From Malacoraja senta (lineage: Eukaryota): a DNA stretch of 64,000 bases. The notes under the pieces were generated by a model. The model was not told the DNA's origin, searched no databases, and saw only the letters and a list, made by a program, of their open reading frames with translations. A program made the translations under genes and the position numbers. The stretch covers positions 353,586,001 through 353,650,000 of the forward strand of contig CM075977.1 of the NCBI GenBank assembly GCA_038087875.1, written 5' to 3'. This document shows positions 36,501 to 48,500 of this stretch, piece by piece (the first letter of the stretch is position 1; the number at the start of each line of letters is the position of its first letter).

Positions 36501-39500
36501 ACACTGAGGAAACCCTCATGGTCACAGGCAGAATGTGCAATCTCTACACAGCACCCGAGGTCAGGATTGAAACTGGAATTGTTGGACGTGCAATAATACT
36601 GGAATGTATTCTTTAAAGAAATATTATTTAAAGATGGTGCAGTGACATAACCAGTTTTACTGGCTGTGTCATTGCACCATCTATAAATAATATATTTAAA
36701 TAATACATTCCAGCAATTTCCCCATCACTGATGTACTAGTGGCCAGAGGACCTAGGGTGATGGAGGAACTGAAGGAAATTCACATTAGGCAGGAAATGGT
36801 GTTGCGTAGACTGATGGGACTGAAGGCTGATAAATCCCCAAGGCCTGATGGTCTGCATCCCAGGGTACTTAAGGAAGTGGCTCTAGAAATCGTGGATGCA
36901 TTGGTGATCATTTTCCAATGTTCTATAGATTCAGGATCAGTTCCTGTGGATTGAAGGGTAGCTAATGTTATCCCACTTTTTAAGAAAGGCAGGAGAGAAA
37001 ACAGGAATTATAAGCCAGTTAGCCTGACATCAGTGGTGGGGAAGATGCTGGAGTCAATTATAAAAGATGAAATAGTGGCACATTTGGATAGCAGTAACAG
37101 GATCGGTCTGAGTCAACATGGATTTACGAAGGGTAAATCAAGCTTGAGTAATCTTCTGGAATTTTTTGAGGATGTAACTAGGAAAATGGACAAGGGAGAG
37201 CCAGTGGATGTAGTGTACCTGGACTTTCAGAAAGCATTTGATAAGGTCGCACTTTGGAGATTAGTGGGCAAAATTAAAGCACATGGTATTGGGGGTAGAG
37301 TGCTGACATGGATAGAAAATTGGTTGGCAGACATGAAACAAAGAGTAGGGATCAAATCCTTTTTCAGAATGGCAGGTAGTGACTAGTGGGGTAGCGCAAG
37401 GCTTGGTGCTGGGACCACAGCTATTTACAATATACATTAATGATTTAGATGACGGGATTAAAATTAACATTCGCAAATTTGCAGATGACACAAAGCTGGG
37501 TGGCAGTGTGAACTATGAAGAGGATGCAATGAGGATGCAGGATGACTTGGACAGGTTGGGTGAGTGGGCAGATGCATGGCCGATGTAGTTTAATGTTGGA
37601 TAAATGTGAGGTTATCCACTTTGGTGGCAAATACAGGAAGGCAGATTATTATCTGAATGGTGTCAAGATAGGATAAGGGGAAGTACAACGAGATCTGGGG
37701 GTCCTTGTTCATCAGTCGCTGAAAGTAAGCATGCAGGTACAGCAGGCAGTGAAGAAAGCGAATGGCATGTTGGCCTTCATAACAAGAGGAGTTGAGTATA
37801 GGAGCAAAGGGCTCCTTCTGCAGTTGTACAGGGCCCTAGTGAGACCACACCTGGAGTATTGTGCGCAGTTTTGGTCTCCAAATTTGAGGAAGGACATTCT
37901 TGCTATTGAGGGAGTTCAGTATAGGTTCACGAGGTTAATTCCAGGGATGGCGGGACTGTCATATGTTGATAGAATGGAGCAGATGGGCTTGTATACTCTG
38001 GAATTTAGAAGGATGAGAGGGAATCTTATTGAAACATAAGATTATTAATGGTTTGGACACGCTAGAAGCTGGAAACATGTTCCCGATGTTGGGGGAGTCG
38101 AGAACCAGGGGCCACAGTTTAAGAATAAGGGGTAAGCCATTTGGAACGGAGACGAGGAAAAACTTTTGCACACAGAGGGTTATAAATCTGTGGAATTCTC
38201 TGCCTCAGAAGGCAGTGGATGCCAATTCTCTGGATGCTTTCAAGAGAGAGTTAGATAGAGCTCTTAAAGACAGCCGAGTCAGAGGATATGGGGAGAAGGC
38301 AGGAACTGGGTGCTGATTGTGGATGATCAGTCATGATCACATTGAATGGTGTTGCTGGCTCGAAGGGCCGAATGGCCTACTCGTGCACCTATTGTCTATT
38401 ACTCCGCTTTCCTCCCACACTCCAAAGATGTACAGGTTTGTAGGTTAATTGGCTTGGTATAATTGTAATTTGTCACTAGTGAGTGTAGGATAGTGTTAGT
38501 GCTGGCTCGAGAGGCCGAATGGCCTACTCCTGTCTATTGATATCAGGATAAGTAGCTTACAACTTTGTTTTTTAAGTAATGACAATTTTTAATACACTTA
38601 AATATACTTTACCCTCTGTCTGCCAGAGTCTTGTGTCAAGTTTAGTTGATCTTTATTCATAAAATCTGTAGAATGCCTTTCCACCCCACTTTAGTTTCTC
38701 ATTTGCAGACACTTATATTTTACTTTCACTTTAGTATCACGTGTGCCAAGGTACAGTGAAAATATTTTGTTGCATGCTATCCAGTCAGCAGAAAGACAAT
38801 ACATGATTACAATCAAGCCGCTTACAATGAATAGATACACGTTAAGGGAATAACATTTAGTGCAAGGTAAAGCCAGCAAAGTCCGATCAAGGATTAGTCC
38901 GAGGGTAACCAACGATGTAGATAGCAGTTCAGCACTGCTCTCTGGTTGTGGTAGGATGATTCAGGTGCCTGATAACAGCTGGGGAAAAAATATCCCTGAA
39001 TCTGGAGGTATGCATTTTCACACTTCTATACCCGTTGCCTGATGGGAGTGTGGAGAAGAGGGAGTGGGCAGGGTGCGTCTCGTCCTTGATTATGCTTTTG
39101 GCCTTGCCAAGGCAGCACAAGGTATAAAGAGTCAACTTTCCTCTTCATTGCTTAGGTTTAGGTTTATTATTGTCACTTGTACCGAGGTACAGTGAAAAAC
39201 TGTTTTGCATGCTGCCCAATTAATTTAGAGAATACATGTACGAATACAATCAGGTCAAACTCAAGTACAATAGATGGTACGAAATGAAAGATAGTATATG
39301 CAGAATATAGTACTCAGAATCGTAGAGTAACAGTTCCAGAAAAAATGTCTAATGTCTGCAATGAGGTAAGTCGGAGATTTGGGACTGTATAACATATGGA
39401 AGGACTGTTCAGAAGCGTGATAATAGATGGGAGGAATCTGTCCCCCAGTCTGATGGTGCGCGCTTTCAAGATTTGGTATCTCCCGCCTAATGGGAGAACG

Positions 39501-42500
39501 GAGAATGAATGAGTGGGGTAGGAGACAAAAATACTGGAGAAACCCAGCAGGTGAGGCAAAATCTATGGAGCGAAGGAATAGGTGACGTTTCGGGTCGAGA
39601 CACTTCTTCAGACTGATGTAGGGGTGGGAGGGGCAGGAAACAGAATGGAAGAGGTGGAGACAGTACGCTGTGGGAGAGCTGGGAAGGAGGAGGGAGAAAG
39701 CAGGGACTACCTGAAATTAGAGAGGTCAATGTTCATGCCGCTGGGGTGTAAACTGCCCAAGCGAAATATGAGGTGCGGCTCCTCCAATTTGCGGTGCAAC
39801 TCACTCTGGAAGAGGCCCTGGACAGAAAGGTCGGATTCGGAATGGGATGGGGAGTTGGTGCTGAGCCACCGGGAGATCAGGTTGGTTAATGCAAACCGAG
39901 CGGAGGTGTTGGGCGAAGCGATCGCCAAGCCTGCGCTTGGTCTCACCGATGTAGAGCAGTTGACACCTAGAGCAGCGGATGCAATAGGTGAGATTGGAGG
40001 AGGTGCAGGTGAACATCTGCCGCACCTGGAAAGACTGCTTGGGTCCTTGGATGGAGTAAAGGGGGGGAGGTAAAGCGACAAGTGTAGCATTTCCTGCGGC
40101 TACAAGGGAAAGTACCGTGGGAGGGGGTGGTTTGGGTGGGAAGGGACAAATTGACCAGGGAGTTACGGAGGGAGCGGTCTCTGCGTAAAACCGAAAGGGG
40201 AGGAGATGGGAAGATGTGGCCAGTGGTGGGATCCCGTTGGAGGTGGCGAAAATGTCAGAGGATTATCTGTTGTATGTGACGTCTGGTGGGGTGGAAGGTG
40301 AGGACAAAGGGGGACCCTGTCCTTGTTACGAGTGTGGGGGGGGGGGGGGGGAGATGGGGAGTGAGAGCGGACCTACGGGATATAGAGGAGACCCTGGTGA
40401 GAGCCTCGTCTATAGTCGAAGAAGGGAACCCCCGTTCCCTAAAGAATGAGGACATCTCCGATGCCCTGGTACTCTAGTGCTCACATAATCACACATCTTA
40501 AACATTCCAGCTTTAGAAATGCATGTTAAAATAGAGGTAGGTTGAAAGTTTTGATATTTAAGAAATTCAATCACATACCAATGACCTGGACAATTCATAG
40601 GTTTTAAGGCAAAGATCTCCTTTTCCACTTCAAAGCAGAACATATTCTCACTGTAGTGCTGCCAGTGTCCCGAGGTTTGCCACAGCTTACTATTATAAAT
40701 GTTGGGAGACACTACTTCTGAAAAGCCCCTTTTCCTGTATTCACTCTAAGGACAAAACAGAGAAATGAATAAAGAACCATTGGATTTAAATTTACTAGAT
40801 TTAAAAACATGCATTTGTACCTAACCTCTAAATGCCTCCACATATCGTGCAAAAGGCCTACAGCAGTGAAAATAATACATTTATTCGACTTAAGAGGATG
40901 ATATCATCCGTCGCATTCTACTTCAAAGCTGAATACCAACAGTACCAAGAGTAAAATGGCACAGAACTAAAATAGCAAAGCTCAGTATGGGAATGGGAAG
41001 AGGAGTTAAAGTGTTTGGTAACTGGGAGATCACGTAGGCCCAGGCAGACTGAGCGAAGGCATTCAGCAAAATGTTCGCCCAGTCTACTTGGTTTTGCCAA
41101 TGTATAAGAAACCACACCTGGAACAGATACAGTAGATGAGGTTGGAGGAGGTGCAAGTGAACCTCTGCCTAACCTGAAAGGACTGTTGGGGTCCCTGGAC
41201 AGAGTCGAGGGAGGAGGTATAAGGACAGTAGCATCTCCTGCGGTTGCAGGGGAAGGTACCTGTGGAATGGGTAGTTTGGGTGAGAAGGGACAAGTTAACC
41301 AGGGAGTTGTAGAACGAACGGTCTCTGCGGAAGGCGAAAAGGGGTGTAGATGGGAAGAAGTGACCAGTGGTGGGAGAAAATGTTGGGGGATTATGTGTTT
41401 TATGAGCTGGCCGATGGGGTGAAAGGCAAGGACTAGGGGGATTCTGTACCTGTTGCATCTGGGGGAGGGGGAGCAAGAGCGGAGCACCTAGGAGACAAGT
41501 GTGAGGGCCTCATCTATGATTGAAGAAGGGAAGTATGACATCTCGGATGTCCTGGTATGGAACAGCTCATCTTGGGCGCAGATGCGGCATAGACGGAGAA
41601 ATTGAGTAGGGGATTGTCTTTGTAGGAGGCATTGTGGGACGAGGTGTAGTCTATATAGTTGTGGGAGTCAAAGAAACAATCACAATTATGGAAAATAATA
41701 TAGGTTTATCAAATAATCTAGCTAAATAAAATAGAGTGACAATAACACTGTTGGTGGTGTATTATAAATCTCATTACAATCAGAGACAGCTGGATGAGGA
41801 AATCTGTAGGGAAAATTCTGACGAGTGTCAAAGTAAGAGTAGCTAATTTAAATTGCCACTATATTAAGTCGAATACAATCAGAATATCTGGTAGGGAGGG
41901 CAGGGAATTCCGTTCACTATGTGGCACAACCGGAGGGATTGAAATTCTGGATATTTAAAGAATGAAATTGGCCAAGTGGTAAGTTTCAGTGGGAGAGTAT
42001 TAAAAATATTGAAACATAGAAAATAGATGCAGGAGCAGGCCATTCCTGCTTTTTTCCCCATATCCCTTGATTCCTTTAGCCCTAAGAGCTAAATTGGATT
42101 CACAACTCTCTGGGTGAAAAACTTTTTCCTCATATTTTTGTGCAAGTGATCATAACTAAATGATATTTAGCACAAGTATAGAAAAAGGGCATTTGATAAG
42201 ATCTATGTGTATTTAAAAGGCTTTTGACAAGGTCATACATGGCAAATGTGTCAGAAAGGTAGTCCATCAGAAGCAGGGGAGACAGACAAATCTATCTATC
42301 TATACTATTACTAAAACTCTCATCTTGACCATTTCCGGTCTGCGTTGAATTTAAATTTACGCAAAAACGACCCCCCCCCCCCAGCGCCACGAGCAGAGTG
42401 CAAGCTGCGTCTGCTGCGACCACCCTCTCTCCCCATCCCCCGTCCCCCACAGCCCCCCTTCCCCCTCCCCCACACCCTCTCCTCTGAGTGGTGGAATATT

Positions 42501-45500
42501 GCTTTGGGGGAATGGGATGCGTTGGGGGAACAGGTGTGTGGTGGAATATTGCGTTGGGGTATGGGTTGTGTTGGGGGGACCAGGCCTCCCGTGTGACTGG
42601 GACCCAACGGGTCCCACTTAGTCTAGTTGAATCTAAAGTTAGCATGGTGTTAATAAACAGAGGGAAAGTAATTGAAAAGCTATGACATGTGCAGTTCAAC
42701 ATGCCTTGGGACGCAGCCCCTTTGTTTTCTACAGTATTTATTAACGATTTAGGCTCAGTGGTAGTGGACACAATACAGAAGCCCGCAGATCATACAAAAG
42801 CTAGCCGTATGGTTGAAAGTGATAATAAAAGCTTCTAATTGTTGGTAGATTTAGGTAGTCCGGTCAATTGAGGAGCAATGGCGTGGAATTTAATCCCGAT
42901 AATGATAGATAATGCATTTGGGGAGTTGTAGCAAGGCAGGGGAATACACAATAAACAGCAAAATTATTTGAAGACAACTTTTATAATGTTGACTGTCAAT
43001 GTTTCACCATGATGAGCGATAATGATATGCTGCAGTCTGAAATATCTAATGATGGTAGATGAACTAATGTGAATGTTGCTTCCACCGTTTTCTCTTTCCC
43101 TTTTCCTACATTTCCTCATGATGCTTCCTTTGCCTAGTATATGATAGAAAATGCATGTTCTCATCCCAATAACCTTTGTGAAATCTAATTTGCAAATCTT
43201 TCACAATTAAATCTGTAACAAAAGCTTGAATAACACCTACCCTAATGAACTCAATCAGTGCGTTGTAGATGTAAGCTCCCTTTGGAAGGAAGAAGCAGCT
43301 TCCTGGGCTCAGTTCGTGGAAGAAAAATAATTCCTGCTCCTGAAAAAATAAAAACTCGCCATTTATTTAGTCTCAGAGAGCAGCTAAAAATAATCTTAAA
43401 TTGGCATTTATGCAGTGATATTCAAACATGAAGAAGTGAATGAAATTTTAGCACAACTTCCAATGTTAAGGATTCCCACACCTACGTCCACACATTTAAC
43501 GGGAATAATGTTCTAAAGGACAGGTTCATCTGCATTCCAATAGCAACTGCAGTCTTATGAAAACCAATACCAGAAAGGGTGTTATTGGCAGTAGTTGAAC
43601 AAAATAATTGTATGCAAGAAAGACTGGATAGCAATAGTTATACTAAATAAAGAGCCAAATATGCTTTGGAGACATTTCTCTACTAAAAGCTATAGATTTT
43701 GCATAATTTACCAAAAGGAAAAAAAGTAAAACAGAAGAGCGTTTCAGAAGGGATCCAGGATTTGTTATCAAGTATAATATATTATATGCATATAATTCCC
43801 AAGATTATTGTTTGAAGACTAACCCTCCCCAATTTCCTATGGTCTCTGTTTTTGGCTTCTTCCTGGAATTTTTCCCATTCTTTCAACATTTTGGAATCCG
43901 GAAAAGAAATCCCATAAATTCTCTGCAATGTCTCCATATCAGCCTTTCCTTCCCAGTAAGTGGAAGAATTCTGTAAAAAAAGTAAATGATATGATCTCAA
44001 AGATTTTAAAAAAACGATGTAGATTAATAACATTTCTCCTACTCAGCACAGCACAAAATGAAAACACCAAAGCATAAATATTTTGTCTATATTATTAGGG
44101 TTTTTTTTTTTTAAAAAGAGAAACAAGATGATTTATTTTATAAATTAAATTTGAAGTACTTACTTTATGCACTTTCATGGCCTTTATTTTACCAGTATGC
44201 TTGACATGAGGTCCTCTACACAAGTCAATTAATGGTCCACATCTGACATCAAGGAAAGAAAACAAGTGCTGCTAATATTAGAATACGCTCTCCTCCATTA
44301 AGGCAGTGTTCAAGGATCCACAATTAATATTTACCCAATGTACAATGAGTCTTCATGCTGTTAAACTAAAATGTATGATCAAGCAATTTCTGCATCTGCA
44401 TCAAGCACCCACAAATCAGGCACAGTTCAGTAAAAGAAAACATCCTTCTCTGCCCCAGCAAGTGTTCCTCGGCCTCAAATTTAAAAGCATCCGATGTCGT
44501 CAGCATGATAGTTTTCGATTTCTAGCATCATGCATCTTGGCAAAGGACAATGAACATTTTACGGCCAAGTCACGTTTTTTGTTATGATTCCGACCATTAC
44601 ACAAGGTCAAAGTCAAACTATATTTCTTTCACCCAAACACTCATGCCTATTGAGAAATTATGAAGTTATTTGACAATATCATGTCCAGCACATTGTGCCT
44701 ATATTTACCGTGAAGAATGAGAGAATATCTTGTCAAAATAGGCCATTTTATTTATAATACGGTTATGACAGGGCAGATGGGGAATCATTCCGCTCCACAA
44801 GGTAGCATCCAGAACCAGGGTTAAGAGTCTCAGAATAAACAGGATAAAAATAAAACCTTGACCCAGTGTGCAGCAAATGTTTCGAATTCCCCACCTAGTG
44901 GAACTGTGACTAAAGGGCCTGTCCCACTTACGTGTCCTTGGCACGCAAATTACGCGACCTCGTGGTCGCGTTGAGCCGCGACGGTCCCGCGAAGGTCGGG
45001 CGCGATTACGTGCATACGCACAGCAGTCTGGAGCGCGTGACGTCATTTGAAAATGCAGGAGCAACTCAGCGGGACCGGCAGCATCTCTGGAGAGAAGCAA
45101 TGGGTGATGTTTCGTGTCGAGACTCTTCTTCAGTCTGAAAAGAAGGGTCTTGACCCGAAACGTCACCCATTGCTTCACTCCAGAGATGCTGCCGTTCCGC
45201 TGAGTTACTCCTGCATTTTGTGTCCATCTTCAATTTTCTTGGCCCCGCTCTGGGAGTAGAAGTGGGGGCGGATCCGGACTGCAATGGCCGTGTGCCCCAG
45301 GCCGAGTTCGGCGATCGTTTGCCTGCTTCTGCCGCTGTTGGAGGTGAGACGTTGCTTCGCGCCAGGGTCTTGGGCCTGTCCCACTTTGGCCGTCAGTTAC
45401 GCGACAGGCCGTTGGCGCGTGAAGATTTTGTTCGCTACAAACATTTCGGATTCCCGCGCAATGTCGCGCACAACTACATACTCCTCTGCGCTTCTCAGTG

Positions 45501-48500
45501 GGACCGGCCCCGCGCGGCCACACGATGACCGTGCGCCTCAACGCGACCTCGAGGTCACGTAATTTGCGTGCCAAGGACACGTAAGTGGGACAGGCCCTTT
45601 AGTCATCAGGTATATGCAAAACTAATCAGTAGTTGTTTGGGGAAATCAGGGAATGTGGGATTAGAGTAGGAAACTGTTACTAAGGTAAAAGCTAAGCTAC
45701 GATTTAGAGACCACACATGGGGTCTAATAACTTCCTGTTTCTATGTTCCACTTAATACCAGTGCTTAATCCTTCATTGTATAACTTTTACTAAAAAAATG
45801 TGCATTCCTCATATCATAGATTAAAGACGCAAGGAACACTTCATAGTTCTCAAAGGAAACTTCAAAATCACAGCTCCTCACCTGTACACTGTTGTGGTTG
45901 GTGTATTCACCTTCTCATTCAGAATCCTGCACTTGAATTTGTTATACTAAAGAGAAAAGAAAATAGCGTTTGAGAACAATTACATAGAAGCATGACACTC
46001 TCAAAATTGTTAAAAATAAAAAGCAAGATCAGTTACACAATGTCAAAGATCAGTACATCTCTATTAAGTTCATTTTTTCTTAATAATGGTGAACAATCTA
46101 TGAAATTGAATTTCTATATCAAATCATTTTTGCAAGACTAACACCAATTCACCTAGAAAAATAAGTGAAAGTATCAGAATTCAGGATCTTTTAATATTTC
46201 CCCACAAGGCAGGTAACAATTAAAAAGCCAGGTAACAAATTCAAAAGTACAACACCATTTTAGGTTACATGTTATGTCAAGAAAATGGCACCTTATGCTT
46301 AGTAACGGAATTTTCCCAAACGTAAATTTTTTTTTGTCAACTATTGTCCCCGCAACTCACACTATCCAGGACAACTAGTGTTGTAAAATGCAGATCGTTT
46401 AGCATCAAGCACATTGTGCTACACTCGAATTTGTACTATTATAAATGGATGAATGTTCTTTTTGACTATTATAAATGGATGAATGTACTATTATTAATGG
46501 ATGAATGTACATTTAGATTAATCTATATAGAATTAAAAAAGTATACCAGACAGATATGATTAAATTACATATTATACAAACTCCGTATTAAATGTCTTAT
46601 ATTTTGCCTTAGTGACACTAAAAGCTTTATTTTTATTAATTAAACAAATATGTAAAATCTTTCTTATTATGGCAGACTATAAGTATCCAAATTTTATTAA
46701 CTGTTGTGGGATAAAATAAATTAAGAAATTTGTTAGATCCTTTGGATTCATCTGCAGGATGAAATAGACAATAGACAATAGATGCAGAAACAGGCCATTT
46801 GGCCCTTCGAGCCAGCACCGCCATTCAATGTGATCATGGCTGATCATCCCCAATCAGTATCCCGTTCCTGCCTTCTCCCCATATCCCCTGACTCCGCTAT
46901 TTTTAAGAACCCTATCTAGCTCTCTCTTGAAAGCATTCAGAGAACCTGCCTCCACCGCCCTCTGAGGCAGAGAATTCCACAGACTCACCACTCTCTGTGA
47001 GAAAAAGTGTTTCCTTGTCTCCGTTCCAAATGGCTTACTCCTTATTCTTAAACTGTGGCCCCTGATTCTGGACTCCCCCAACATCGGGAACATGTTTCCT
47101 GCCTCTAGCGTGTCCAAACCCTTAACAATCTTATATGTTTCAATAAGATCTCCTCTCATCCTTCTAAACTCCAGAGTGTACAAGCCCAGCTGCTCCATTC
47201 TCTCAGCATATGACAGTCCCGCCATCCAGGGAATTAACCTTGTAAACCTACGCTGCACTCCCTCAATAGCAAGAATGTCCTTTCTCAAATTAGGGGACAA
47301 AAACTGCACACACTACTCCAGGTGTGATCTCACTAGGGCTCTGTACAACTGCAGAAGGACCTCTTTGCTCCTATATTCGATTCCTCTTGCTATAAAGGCC
47401 AACATGCCATTCGCTTTCTTCACTGCCTGCTGTACCTGCATGCTTACTTTCATAGACTGATGAACAAGGACCCCCAGATCCCGTTATACCTCCCTTTTTC
47501 CCAACTTGACGCCATATAGATAGCTTGACTGCCTTCCTGTTTTTTATACCAAAGTGGATAACCTCACATTTATCCACATTAAACTTCATCTGCCATGCAT
47601 CTGCCCACTCCCCCAACCTGTCCAAGTCACTCTGCATTATCATAGCATCCTCCTCACAGTTCACACTGCCACCCAGCTTTGTGTCATCTGCAAATGTGCT
47701 AATGTTACTTTGAATCCCTTCATCCAAATCATTGATGTATATTGTAAATATCTACGGTCCCAGCACCGAGCCTTGCGGTACCCCACTAGTCACTGCCTGC
47801 CATTCTGAAAGGGACCCGTTAATCCCTACTCTTTGTTTCCTGTCTGCCAACCAATTTTCTATCCATGTCAGCACTCTACCCCCAATACCATGTGCCCTAA
47901 TTTTGCCCACTAATCTCCTATGTGGGACCTTATCAAATGCTTTCTGAAAGTCCAGGTACACTACATCCACTGGCTCTCCCTTGTCCATTTTCCGAGTTAC
48001 ATCTTCAAAAAATTCCAGAAGATTAGTCAAGCATGATTTCCCCTTTGTAAATCCATGCTGACTCGGACCAATCCTGTTACTGCTATCCAAATGTGCGGTT
48101 ATCTCATCTTTTATAATTGACTCCAGCATCTTCCCCACCACTGATGTCAGGCTAACTGGTCTATAATTCCCCGTTTTCTCTCCCGCCTTTCTTAAAAAGT
48201 GGGATAACATTAGCTACCCTCCAATCCACAGGAACTAATCCTGAGTCTATAGAACATTGGAAAATTATCACCAATGCATCCACGAATTCTAGAGCCACTT
48301 CCTTAAGTACCCTGGGATGCAGACCATCAGGGCCTGGGGATTTATCAGCCTTCAGTCCCATCAGACTTAGACTTAGACTTAGATTCCTTTATTGTCATTC
48401 AGACCTTTCGGTCTGAACGAAATTTCGTTGCCTGCAGTCATACATATAATAAATAACAAAACACACAATAAACACAAATTAACATCCACCACAGTGAGTT

